IMG/VR virus record: IMGVR_UViG_3300018465_000004
Location: 29,019-93,018 of that record
DNA from: a virus
Strand: one strand, 5' to 3'
DNA: 64,000 bases
Shown: piece after piece, positions 46,381-55,295 of the stretch
Layout of the letters: each line of letters starts with the position of its first letter
Position numbering within the stretch: the stretch's first letter is position 1
The notes under the pieces: generated by a model
The model's input: only the letters and a program-made list of their open reading frames with translations
Databases searched by the model: none
Told to the model about the DNA's origin: nothing
Program-made: the position numbers and the translations under genes

Positions 46381-47052
46381 GTGCCTTCTTCTACCTATGT
46401 CGTCGACCCGCGCGAAATCCGGGATCTCTCGCCGGAGGCGCTTGACGCTGATCGCCGGCTCAAAGTCCTGCCGGCGGCGTTCTGGGCGGGGACGACGGGG
46501 ATGGAGCGGCTGCTCTTCGGTCAGCGCAACGGGCTCTACTCGTTCCCCACCCCCGAGCTGGTCGACCATATGCGCGCGGTCATCGGGGACCGGTCGGCCA
46601 TTGAGATCGGCGCGGGCCACGGCGCGCTCTGCCAGGCCCTGGGGATCCCCGGGACCGACACCCGGGAGCAGGAGCGCCCCGAGTACAAGATGCTGCTGGC
46701 GTTGCAGTCCAACCAGCCGCCGGTGCGCTACGGCGATCACGTCATTGCGCTGGAGGCCAGCGACGCGGTCCGGCAATACCAACCCGACGTCGTCATCGCC
46801 TGCTGGGTGACCCAGCGCTGGGACCCGACCAAGCTGGACGAGATCGACAGCAAGCATGATGGCGTCGACGAGGACTTCGTCATCGACAACTGCCAGAGCT
46901 ACATCCTGGTCGGCAACGAGAAGGTCCACCGCAACAAGCGGATCTGGCGGCGCCGGCACCGGTTGCTTCAGCCGTCCTACGTCTACTCCAGGGCGGCCAA
47001 CGGCAGTCCGGATTTCATCGCGGTCTTCCGGGGCGGCAAGCGCCCGCGCTAG
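46381..47052 (+). CDS. Class I SAM-dependent methyltransferase-like protein
   Basis: AIEIGAGHG motif I, DVVIACW. Confidence 0.7.
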   Translation: MPSSTYVVDPREIRDLSPEALDADRRLKVLPAAFWAGTTGMERLLFGQRNGLYSFPTPELVDHMRAVIGDRSAIEIGAGHGALCQALGIPGTDTREQERPEYKMLLALQSNQPPVRYGDHVIALEASDAVRQYQPDVVIACWVTQRWDPTKLDEIDSKHDGVDEDFVIDNCQSYILVGNEKVHRNKRIWRRRHRLLQPSYVYSRAANGSPDFIAVFRGGKRPR

Positions 47053-47292
47053 ACCAGTTTGGCCCGAAGCAGCAGGACGCCCAGGGCGACGCCGATGACG
47101 CCGGCTGCGGGCTCGTTGAAGGCCGTTGCGGCGCCGGCCAGCATCAGCGCCCAGGCGACGATCCTTTGTAGCCGGTTGAGGTCTCTGCGGGTTTTTCGCA
47201 TCATGGCCCCAGCATGGGCGTGAGAATCCTGAGCTGGAACCTTCATTCACGCAGGTCAGCCGGGGTTCAATTGTTAACCCGGACGCCACCCG

Positions 47293-47610
47293 TTATAGGC
47301 GCCCGATCAGCCCGAAGAAGGTCCCCGGCTTGCTGCCGGTCCGGAATGTAACGACGCTCTTGCCTTGGCGCTGGGCCAGCTCGACGGCCTGCTCGCGGGC
47401 GCCCGCCTCGGTGTCGTCGAAGATCAGGAAGGCGGCGTGGTCGGTTCCCGGGGTGTCGGGGCCGATCAGCTCGACCTGGAATTCCCAACCGGCAAAGGGT
47501 CCGTCGGTGGCGGGGATCTGGGTGCTGCGGACTTCGGCGGGCTCGGTGTCCATGTAGGAGCCAACGAAGAAGGCCGTCACCGGTTGCTGGAACGGCTCGT
47601 TGAACGCCAT
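47293..47610 (-). CDS. Hypothetical protein
   Basis: Coherent composition. Confidence 0.55.
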   Translation of the reverse strand: MAFNEPFQQPVTAFFVGSYMDTEPAEVRSTQIPATDGPFAGWEFQVELIGPDTPGTDHAAFLIFDDTEAGAREQAVELAQRQGKSVVTFRTGSKPGTFFGLIGRL

Positions 47611-47847
47611 GATCGCGGCCCGAGGCGATGGTGTCAGGCCCGGGGGTTGTCGGGGGTTTGTGCGTTGCCCTCGCGACCCTGAGACTCGGGTGCCTGTCGT
47701 CGCAGGCGGGAGAACCCTGGACGGGGAGCTTCATCCCCCATGAAACACGACCCGGGCCGCGATCCCCTCACGCCCCCGGTTCACTGCGGACCGCACCGAT
47801 AAGCCCAGGGTGGCGGGTGAGCGTGTTGTCCAGGGCGTGGGTTAGCC

Positions 47848-48378
47848 GTGTTGGCGCTGCCTCGACCGCTCCTCTCCTGGCTCAGCCGAGCTTTCCGGCG
47901 TCCCCCGCCGGTTGTGACCCTGGAGCTGCCGCGCTCGGAGGCCGGGACCCCGGACTTCGTCCACATTGAACGGATTGTCTCAGATCCGAAGGCAATCATC
48001 TACGTTCGCGACGATTCCGGACGCTACGTCTGGGTAAACGATGCCTATGGGAAGTACCTGCCCCATTCCCGAGAGCAGGTGATCGGGAAGACCAACCGCG
48101 AACTGCACGGCGAAGAGGCGTCCCGCACCTGGGAGGCAGCTGATTCCCTTTCAATGGCGGCAGACACCTTCGTGGTCACGCCGGAGCAGATGTTCGACGA
48201 GCGGAGCCGGAACTGGCGGAAGTTCGTCAGCACCAAGATTCCGATCAGAGCCGGAGGGCAGCGGTACCTGGTCGGTGTGAGCATCGAAATTCTCGACGAC
48301 AACGTCATTGAATACGAGCGTCGGCTCGGACAGGTTCGCGCTCGGCTCATCGAACAGATGAGGGTCGAGGATGCCTAG
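47848..48378 (+). CDS. Stand-alone PAS-domain protein
   Basis: IIYVRDDSGRYVWVNDAY...REQVIGKT..EL...STKIPI...YLVGVSIEI. Confidence 0.85.
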   Translation: MLALPRPLLSWLSRAFRRPPPVVTLELPRSEAGTPDFVHIERIVSDPKAIIYVRDDSGRYVWVNDAYGKYLPHSREQVIGKTNRELHGEEASRTWEAADSLSMAADTFVVTPEQMFDERSRNWRKFVSTKIPIRAGGQRYLVGVSIEILDDNVIEYERRLGQVRARLIEQMRVEDA

Positions 48379-48710
48379 TGGATTACCTGGCAGCTACGGC
48401 CGACAACCCAGCGAACCTTCTCAGTCCGTTTCTTCAGCTCGGTGTGGTCGGCGTTGTCAATATCGTTCTGTTCTACATTGCGAGGAGCCTCATTCAGCGG
48501 GAGCAGACAAGGGCCGACCGAATTGAAGAAGACAACCGGCGGATCAACAGTCTGATGACCGACCAGATGGTTCCTGCCCTGACCAAAGCCACCGAGGCCA
48601 TCGTTGACGCCCAGCGACTCATTGAGGAGATGAAGCGTGAGCGTGATGTTGAGGCGGAGGCACGGCGCCGGATGCGCGACGAGAGGGATAATCGTGGAAG
48701 AAACGCCTGA
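48378..48710 (+). CDS. Single-TM coiled-coil protein, holin-like
   Basis: LQLGVVGVVNIVLFYIAR then coiled coil, resembles actinophage lysis-cassette proteins. Confidence 0.55.
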   Translation: MDYLAATADNPANLLSPFLQLGVVGVVNIVLFYIARSLIQREQTRADRIEEDNRRINSLMTDQMVPALTKATEAIVDAQRLIEEMKRERDVEAEARRRMRDERDNRGRNA

Positions 48711-48828
48711 GCGCCGACTGGAGCGTATCTCCCGAAACCTTTCCGACGCGGCCGACGAGTTGAAGAGCCTGGTGGTCGCCCTCCGGGACCAGGTCGAGAA
48801 GGAGCGGGACGACGATGACCCAGATTGA
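48694..48828 (+). CDS. Small coiled-coil protein
   Basis: GAGAGG RBS. Confidence 0.45.
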   Translation: MEETPERRLERISRNLSDAADELKSLVVALRDQVEKERDDDDPD

Positions 48829-48962
48829 GCGCGAAAGCATCGAAGCCGTCCGAGCGAGGGTGCTGGAGATTTCAAAGCGCCTTGCTGCCGTCGCCTCTGA
48901 GATGGAAGAGATCGCAGCTTTGGTTGAATTGTCTGCGCAGCAAATGCCCGGAGGAGACAGTG

Positions 48963-49442
48963 ATGCCTGAAGTGTCCCTGGAGCGGGTCGCCACGGCGGT
49001 CGGCGAGATGGCCGACCAGGCGCGTCTGCTTGCCGGTGAGGTCAAGGAAGAGAACGAACTCCGTCGCAGGCAGGACCGCAAGCAGACGATCCTGATCGTG
49101 ATTCTGCTTCTCGGTACCGTTCTCATCGGTGCCATGCTGGTCAAGCAGGTCCAGGACTCGTCCGCCCGGAGCGCGGCTGCGACGCAGCAGCGGATGGACC
49201 AGCTCCGGCTCGCTCGCCAGATCAACGACTGCCTGGATCCCGCGGGCAAGTGCGCGCTTGAGTCCCGGGCGAACCAGCAGCGGATCATCGGCATCGTCGC
49301 GGATGCCGACGTCATCTCCGACCGGTGTGTCGTCATCGCCGAGGGACGGCTGTCCGCCTATGACGCCTGCATGGCGGCCAACGGGGTTGTCATCACCACG
49401 GACCCGGCCACCGGGAAGGTCACCATCACCCGCAAGCCGTGA
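48963..49442 (+). CDS. Membrane protein, lysis-cassette type
   Basis: GGAGGAG RBS; one TM and Cys-containing extracellular domain. Confidence 0.6.
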   Translation: MPEVSLERVATAVGEMADQARLLAGEVKEENELRRRQDRKQTILIVILLLGTVLIGAMLVKQVQDSSARSAAATQQRMDQLRLARQINDCLDPAGKCALESRANQQRIIGIVADADVISDRCVVIAEGRLSAYDACMAANGVVITTDPATGKVTITRKP

Positions 49443-49480
49443 GCCCGGTAACCGCGTGCGCCAGGCTGTAGAAGCCTGGC

Positions 49481-50086
49481 GTGACGGTTATCTGCTACGA
49501 CACCGAGTTCCTTGAGCACGGTCGGACCATCGACCTGATCTCGATCGGGATGGTCAGCGAGAACGGCGACGAGCTGTACCTCATCAGCAATGAGATCGAT
49601 CTCCACCGGCTCGCCCGCCACGAGTGGCTGATGGCCAACGTCGTGCCCTACCTGCCGCTCAAGCGGATCAAGCAGGAGTACCGCGACGAGTACGAGCTGA
49701 AGTACTTTCACGACGACCTCTTCTGGGACGGCGACCACCCCGACTTCGTACGGGTTGTTGACCGGGCCATGCTGAGGCGCAAGGTCATCCAGTTCATCCT
49801 GCGATGCCACCGGCCCGAGCTGTGGGCGTGGTACGGCGCCTACGACCACGTCGCGTTGATGCAGCTGGTTGGAACCATGACGGGCAAGCCTGACGGCGTT
49901 CCAGGCTGGACCAACGACCTGCGGCAGATCCTGCACGAGCTGGGCGACAGGCTCAGCCCGCCGGACCAGGTATCCCGCCGGCACCACGCCCTGGCCGATG
50001 CGCAGTGGGTCATGAACTCGCTGGGCTGGGTCAACCAGGCGGTCCGCCAGCTCGCCAGCGATTCGATCGCGGAGTTCGGACCGTGA
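49481..50086 (+). CDS. DEDDh 3'-5' exoribonuclease, Rv2179c/RNase AS-like
   Basis: YDTEFLE..IDLISIGMV...AYDHV...HHALADA. Confidence 0.85.
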   Translation: MTVICYDTEFLEHGRTIDLISIGMVSENGDELYLISNEIDLHRLARHEWLMANVVPYLPLKRIKQEYRDEYELKYFHDDLFWDGDHPDFVRVVDRAMLRRKVIQFILRCHRPELWAWYGAYDHVALMQLVGTMTGKPDGVPGWTNDLRQILHELGDRLSPPDQVSRRHHALADAQWVMNSLGWVNQAVRQLASDSIAEFGP

Positions 50087-50316
50087 CCGTCGAGGCTCCG
50101 CCACCCTTCTTCAATCTGCCGGCGTCGGACTTCCCCTTCGTGGTCGAGTTCTTCCAGGAGGGCCTGCCGGAGGGCAGTGACCCGCTGTCGCGCATCGTCG
50201 TCGACGGACCGGGCGCCGTTATCTGTCCCGGCTACGGCGCGCTCGGGATCCGTGTGCTGACCCGGATCACCTACCCCGACGGCCGGGTCGAGGAGCAGGG
50301 GCCGCCGGATGTCTGA
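50083..50316 (+). CDS. Small hypothetical protein
   Basis: GTGA overlap. Confidence 0.6.
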   Translation: MTVEAPPPFFNLPASDFPFVVEFFQEGLPEGSDPLSRIVVDGPGAVICPGYGALGIRVLTRITYPDGRVEEQGPPDV

Positions 50317-50499
50317 GTTGTGCCGGGCCTGCACTAAAGGGCAGCACGACTGGTGTGTCGCTCTCGACGAAGGCCGTGCTGACCTGTGTGTATGCACAGG
50401 GGTTTGCGCGAATCGGATAGCCACTGCTGAATGTGGACAGCCGGTAGGAGAGCCCCCGAGTATCGTCTGAGACTTCATCCGTCAAACCCAGAGGTGGCG

Positions 50500-50730
50500 A
50501 TGGTGGACGGTCGTGCGCGGCGAGAGTTTCGAACCACGTCCGGCGACGGGATGGTGCTGGAGGTCTACGACGCCACGCTGCTCTGGTCCTGGTGGCACCA
50601 CACCGATACCGGTCCGGCCAAGCAGACCTCGTACCATCTCGACTCGCCTGATTCGGCGTTGGCGTTGCTCGCCCAGCTCGCCGAGACGGTCAGCGCGGCT
50701 CCGCTTCATTACAAAGAGGTCGAAGGGTGA
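50500..50730 (+). CDS. Small hypothetical protein
   Basis: GAGGTG RBS. Confidence 0.5.
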   Translation: MVDGRARREFRTTSGDGMVLEVYDATLLWSWWHHTDTGPAKQTSYHLDSPDSALALLAQLAETVSAAPLHYKEVEG

Positions 50731-50930
50731 GCACATTCACGGGGTGGGACCGGCTGCGCGACGTCCGACGGTCGATCGAAGAGTGTGAGGGCCAGTTCGA
50801 GCGGCAGCTCAAGCCGCTCTATGACGCCCGAGACGAGATCATCGTGGAGATGACGGCGGCCGGGATGTCAACGGTTGAGATCAACCGGCACTGGGGTATC
50901 ACGCCGAAGGCGTCGGACCCAGGCGCTTGA
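50727..50930 (+). CDS. Small hypothetical protein, possible HTH
   Basis: GTGA overlap; AGMSTVEINRHWGIT. Confidence 0.55.
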   Translation: MSTFTGWDRLRDVRRSIEECEGQFERQLKPLYDARDEIIVEMTAAGMSTVEINRHWGITPKASDPGA

Positions 50931-51113
50931 TCCAGGTGGCGACGCTGGCGCCCGCGCCGGCAGTGACCTTACGGGCTGAAGATCGCGGCGGCGATCCCTC
51001 TCCGGAGTGACCCTTCGGATAGTGCAAATAGACACACGCGGAAGTGGTCGCGTCGCGTTGCGTGGTTCGTCCGGCAGGCGCACACTGTTTCTCCCGGACG
51101 GCCATCCGGGTTG

Positions 51114-51185
51114 GGGCCGGAACCGCACGGGGTGCGGCGCTGCCGTACAGGTGGTGTTTGCGAGGTTCGAGTCCTCGCCGGCTCG
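51114..51185 (+). tRNA. Degenerate tRNA-like cloverleaf (nominal anticodon UAC)
   Basis: Acceptor GGGCCGG/CCGGCTC, D stem CCGC/GCGG, T arm CGAGG-TTCGAGT-CCTCG; A at position 8, G at position 33. Confidence 0.45.
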
Positions 51186-51350
51186 CGTGTCCGGGGGACG
51201 ATCCGCTCGTTGAGGTTGGTGTGCCGTACCCAGCAGCGTGCGCGGTGTGCCGACACCTCAATGCCAGGCATGGCCTGGTGTTGCTTCGCCGGCTTCGGTG
51301 GGAGGCGCTGACGATGAGCTGCCGAGACTGTCCCCAGGGGCTCTGCCGCC

Positions 51351-51704
51351 ATGGATAGCCTGCCGATCCACGTCCTGACTGACATTCAGGCCCGCAAGAT
51401 CGTCGACCACATGAGCGCCTTCGAGGCGGTCATCCTCGGCGGACGGGTCGATGGCACCGACATCCGCGTCCCCGGCATGAAGTTCCCGTTCGTGCCGACC
51501 CGTCATCACACCAAGGTCGACTGCCGGTTCTGTGACAGCCAGATCTGGATCGGCCCCAGCAGCCTCGACATTAGTCGCATGACGGGTAACCACCCGATGT
51601 GCACGCTTTGCTTTGCGGCTGGCCGATCTCTGCTCGGTGAGACAGTTCGGATCCGGCTTCAATACGCCGGCCACCAAACGCCGCCGGATCTGCGTCAGCC
51701 CTAA
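51351..51704 (+). CDS. Hypothetical protein with two CxxC motifs
   Basis: CRFC, CTLC. Confidence 0.55.
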   Translation: MDSLPIHVLTDIQARKIVDHMSAFEAVILGGRVDGTDIRVPGMKFPFVPTRHHTKVDCRFCDSQIWIGPSSLDISRMTGNHPMCTLCFAAGRSLLGETVRIRLQYAGHQTPPDLRQP

Positions 51705-51886
51705 CAGCAGCCGTCCGCCGGGTCCTCCCTGAGCACCATCTCCACCACCCGGTCCACGGACGCGACAAGGCGCGGGTCTGTGCTCGTCATTAGCTCGTGG
51801 AAGGGCATCGACGTGACGTCGACCAGGAGCCAGTCTTCGGGTAGAGGCCAGCTACCCTCCCCGGGGTCACTCGCGGTACCGTTCAT
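51701..51886 (-). CDS. FxSxx-COOH (FxsA)-like RiPP leader peptide lacking the FxS core
   Basis: LLVDVTSMPFHELMTSTDPRLVASVDRVV; TCGACC-N18-TACTCT promoter 7 nt before ATG. Confidence 0.5.
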   Translation of the reverse strand: MNGTASDPGEGSWPLPEDWLLVDVTSMPFHELMTSTDPRLVASVDRVVEMVLREDPADGCC

Positions 51887-51922
51887 CTCTCTGAGAGTAC
51901 GCGCTCGCATAGGGAGGGGTCG

Positions 51923-52186
51923 ATGGCTAGCGCGGGGCACAGCGGTGGAACGCCCGACACCGCCACCTTGTACGGCTGGATGAGCCGGAACCAGGATGGG
52001 GCCGAGGGTGTGATCACGGTCCAATCACCGAGTCTTGGTCTCGTGCCGTTGATCGCCAACGACGAGCGGCACGCACGGTCCTTCCGGAACCTAGCGCGTC
52101 AGGCCGCCATGCACCGCGGCTACGCAGCCCTCCTCGTCGCATTCGACCGGCGGCCGGGCGAGCCGCTCGACGTGGTCGATCACTAG
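51923..52186 (+). CDS. Hypothetical protein
   Basis: GGGAGG RBS. Confidence 0.6.
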   Translation: MASAGHSGGTPDTATLYGWMSRNQDGAEGVITVQSPSLGLVPLIANDERHARSFRNLARQAAMHRGYAALLVAFDRRPGEPLDVVDH

Positions 52187-52232
52187 CCGGTCGGGGGACC
52201 CGTCAGCGTTTACGAAGGTTTACACTTGCCCA

Positions 52233-52490
52233 GTGAAGCAGCCCGAGCTTGACCCGTCCGGCGCAGATGTTGAGCGTTCGCGACAAGCGAAAGTCGTACA
52301 CGCCGCCAGAATCCCGGTGCAGTACTCCGAGGCACTGGAGGCCGAAGCCACCCGACGCGGCATCACCCCGAGCGCGTTGATCTGTGAGTTCGTCATCGCC
52401 GGCTTGAGGGGCCTCGGGGACGACACCGTCGTTTCCGTCAGAGCTTCGGATCTTCATCGGGCCATCGACCAGGCGATCCGGGCGGCATGA
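52233..52490 (+). CDS. RHH/CopG-like DNA-binding protein
   Basis: HAARIPVQYSEALEAEATRRGITPSALICEFV. Confidence 0.65.
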   Translation: MKQPELDPSGADVERSRQAKVVHAARIPVQYSEALEAEATRRGITPSALICEFVIAGLRGLGDDTVVSVRASDLHRAIDQAIRAA

Positions 52491-52939
52491 TGAGCGAGCC
52501 CGCGCCGCACAAGGAGTACCGGGAGCTTGATTCAGCTGAGCTGATCGAGCTGCTTCGGGCGATGCCGGCTGACGTGCCGGTCGAGGTCGTCGTCGAGGAC
52601 CCGAACGGCAACGAGGTGATCACCGAAGTCGTCCGCCTCAGAGTTGGCTGGGGCACGGACTTCGACCGGTCCGGCGGCTACCAGTGGACGAGGATCGTGG
52701 CCCGGATGGAGCCACACGCCGGGCAGCGGGTCATGCGACCCTTCAAGGCGCGCGATGTCCCAATGGGCTCGGTACAGCCGGTCTGGACCTCTGAGGGCGG
52801 GTCGCTCCGCAAGCTCGTTGATCGGGTGTGGGACGGCCCGCAGCCCGGATACCTGACCCTGGTCTTCGACGACGGGTCGCAGACGCCGTACCCCGCGGAC
52901 AAGTCGCTGACGGTCTATCCGCCGGACCAGCCGCTGTGA
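52487..52939 (+). CDS. Hypothetical protein
   Basis: Operon overlaps. Confidence 0.55.
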   Translation: MMSEPAPHKEYRELDSAELIELLRAMPADVPVEVVVEDPNGNEVITEVVRLRVGWGTDFDRSGGYQWTRIVARMEPHAGQRVMRPFKARDVPMGSVQPVWTSEGGSLRKLVDRVWDGPQPGYLTLVFDDGSQTPYPADKSLTVYPPDQPL

Positions 52940-53142
52940 GCGCCTGGGAGAACGACAAGGGCGTGCGGATGACGTTCGCCGTCGATGCCCGGTTCGTGGT
53001 GGTGACCATGACCCGGCCAGGCTTCGAGCCAAAGGTGAGGCGGTACCCGACCGCCAACGAGGCCGCAGCCCGAACCTTGGCTTCGGCCAAGGCGAAAGCT
53101 CTGCCGAGCACGTTCAAGAGGGTGCCCGAGGTGGAATCGTGA
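52936..53142 (+). CDS. Small hypothetical protein
   Basis: GTGA overlaps. Confidence 0.5.
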   Translation: MSAWENDKGVRMTFAVDARFVVVTMTRPGFEPKVRRYPTANEAAARTLASAKAKALPSTFKRVPEVES

Positions 53143-53528
53143 CTCAGCCTTGGCCCACTGTGGCGACACAGGACCGGATTCTCGAAGCCCTCAGCGGCCT
53201 TCAGCCGCTTGCTGAGGTGTTCGACGGTGACTGCCTAGACCGGGCGCCGCTGGTAACCCAGACGCTCGTTGAGGCTGGTTTGCCAGCCGAGGATCGGTGG
53301 CTCACCGCCTGGACCGATCAGCAGGTCGTCATGTTCTGCCACAAGCTCACCGTCGTCGGTGACTGGGCGGTCGATGACACCGCCCGGCAGTTCGACAAGT
53401 CCCTGCCCCAGCGTTGGATCGCGTCGGTGTGGGTCTACCTGGCTCGGCTCACCTCCGCGGCCGGCGCCAGGCGGGCAGCGCTGAACCCGACCCCGTTGTT
53501 GGTCTTCCCGGAAGAGGTCGGCTCGTGA
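53139..53528 (+). CDS. Hypothetical protein
   Basis: GAGGTG RBS. Confidence 0.55.
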   Translation: MTQPWPTVATQDRILEALSGLQPLAEVFDGDCLDRAPLVTQTLVEAGLPAEDRWLTAWTDQQVVMFCHKLTVVGDWAVDDTARQFDKSLPQRWIASVWVYLARLTSAAGARRAALNPTPLLVFPEEVGS

Positions 53529-53827
53529 CACAGCCTTGGCCGGGGGAGACCTTCCCCGTTCCGCAACGGATCGATGGTCTACGTGTCGTTGCCGCGTTCA
53601 AGCTTCCGGTCGACAATCGCGACCCCCGTCCGCACCAGTACGCCGTCGTCGTCGAGCAGAACCCCGGCCCCGGCTACATCTATCTCGCGTTGGTCTGGCA
53701 CGACGGCGGGCACGGCTACCGGGCCGGCGAAGGCGGCGTCTACGGACTTGACTGGCCCGACGCCGTGCAGCGCCTCATCGACAGGATCAAGACCCGGCTC
53801 ACGCAAGCTGGCTCCCCCGACAAGTAA
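53525..53827 (+). CDS. Hypothetical protein
   Basis: GAGGT RBS, GTGA overlap. Confidence 0.55.
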   Translation: MTQPWPGETFPVPQRIDGLRVVAAFKLPVDNRDPRPHQYAVVVEQNPGPGYIYLALVWHDGGHGYRAGEGGVYGLDWPDAVQRLIDRIKTRLTQAGSPDK

Positions 53828-53837
53828 CAGGAGAATC

Positions 53838-54188
53838 ATGGCAAGCGACTTCGAGCGTCAGTTCGCCGAGCAGTGGCCGTTGCGCCCCGACCACCCGGAT
53901 ATGCAGCGGCTCCTGGAGGTCGTCGAGATGGTCGAGCGCCTGAAAGCTGAAGGTGCTGACGCCAGGCAGGTCTACGAGGCTGTCGTCGACGTCTACACCG
54001 TGTCCTACCTCGGCGCCAACCGGATGGGGATGAACATCCCGTCGGACTTTCCGTCAGGCTTACGGCAGAAGCTGTTGGAGCTGATGACCAACGCCTGGGT
54101 TGAGGGGGTGTTCTTCGGGGTGCAGTACGAGCGTCTTGGCGGGCACCGCCCAAGCGCTGAGGATGCCGGGCCGGTCAGGTCCGGGTGA
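53838..54188 (+). CDS. Hypothetical protein
   Basis: AGGAG RBS; in-frame TTA at 54060. Confidence 0.65.
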   Translation: MASDFERQFAEQWPLRPDHPDMQRLLEVVEMVERLKAEGADARQVYEAVVDVYTVSYLGANRMGMNIPSDFPSGLRQKLLELMTNAWVEGVFFGVQYERLGGHRPSAEDAGPVRSG

Positions 54189-54217
54189 GCCTGGTACGTC
54201 GAACTGAATAAGCACGA

Positions 54218-54248
54218 AGCGGCCGGTACCTGACAGGTACCGGCCGCT
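54218..54248. terminator. Perfect 15-bp inverted repeat, terminator or operator
   Basis: AGCGGCCGGTACCTG-A-CAGGTACCGGCCGCT. Confidence 0.6.
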
Positions 54249-54355
54249 CTTCATGAGGGGAGCGAGAGGTCGGGGGAAAGTCATTCAGCCTGAATGACGG
54301 GTTAGAGCGAAAAGTTCATCTCCTCAGCTGTAGGTACTAGCGCCGGCAGCAGTCG

Positions 54356-55282
54356 GTGACGACGACCTCACTCAGGGAGATCTTCATGTGGATCTGTTCG
54401 AGCTTCGGCATCCTCATGCCGGCGATCCGTCCACCCAAGACCGTCCGGCCGGGCGACCTGCGCACCATGCAGATCCGCGCCCGTCGCGCCCGCGACCTGG
54501 ACACCCTGCGCGCGCAGTACATGCGCGGCAAGCTCGGACCCACGATCCACACCCCGGACAAGGACTACGAGTACCGGGCCTACTGCACGCCCGAGGCGTT
54601 CGCGTTCGCCGTGGCCGCGATGACCATGGAGATCGACTACCTCAAGTTCAAGCCGACCACCGACCGGTACGAGGACGACGAGCTGCACGCCGTCTACAAC
54701 CGGATGTGGTCGGTGGTGATGGCCGGGCTGTCGACCCCCCGGCACCGGCGGGAGTACTGGCACAGCAGGCCGCCCGCGTCGGGAAAGACCGGCGTCACGC
54801 TGGACAAGACCACGTCGGGGGTGAACACCGGTTGGCCCGCGGACTACGCCAGCTACGAGGGCTACGACAGCCACCGTTACGCCCTCCCGGCCGGCACGGC
54901 GGACTACCGAAGCACCGCGGCCGACCGCGACAGGTACGAACCCGAGGTGTGGGACGCCGTCGACGGCTGGCGCGACCAGCAGCCGCTCTCCACCGGCGAC
55001 CCGGAGCTGGACAAGCTCTACGACGACATCGAAGCGTTGGAACGCGCTCTGGCCGACACCTCTCCCATGGACCACCGCGGCTGTGAACACGGCCTCAGCG
55101 ACAACGCCCGCGCCCGCTGCCGGCGCCGCCAGCGCTCCAACCAGGCCGCCGACCTCTCCGAGCTGCGGAAACGCCTCGACGCGCACTACGACGCCCTCGG
55201 CAATCGACTCCTCCAGGCAGATGTCGCGGAAAGTAGCGAGCCTGTGACGGTAGTAGAAGGTAGCGCAACCCCAAATGACTAG
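54356..55282 (+). CDS. Hypothetical phage protein
   Basis: IRARRARDL..DYEYRA..IDYLKFK; C-terminal CEH..ARARCR; start uncertain. Confidence 0.7.
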   Translation: MTTTSLREIFMWICSSFGILMPAIRPPKTVRPGDLRTMQIRARRARDLDTLRAQYMRGKLGPTIHTPDKDYEYRAYCTPEAFAFAVAAMTMEIDYLKFKPTTDRYEDDELHAVYNRMWSVVMAGLSTPRHRREYWHSRPPASGKTGVTLDKTTSGVNTGWPADYASYEGYDSHRYALPAGTADYRSTAADRDRYEPEVWDAVDGWRDQQPLSTGDPELDKLYDDIEALERALADTSPMDHRGCEHGLSDNARARCRRRQRSNQAADLSELRKRLDAHYDALGNRLLQADVAESSEPVTVVEGSATPND

Positions 55283-55295
55283 GAGAACAACGAAA

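Noticed and set aside
46381-47052. DNA adenine methyltransferase acting on the GATC cores of the adjacent array
   Set aside because: No DPPY/NPPY catalytic motif; only the SAM-binding motif is visible
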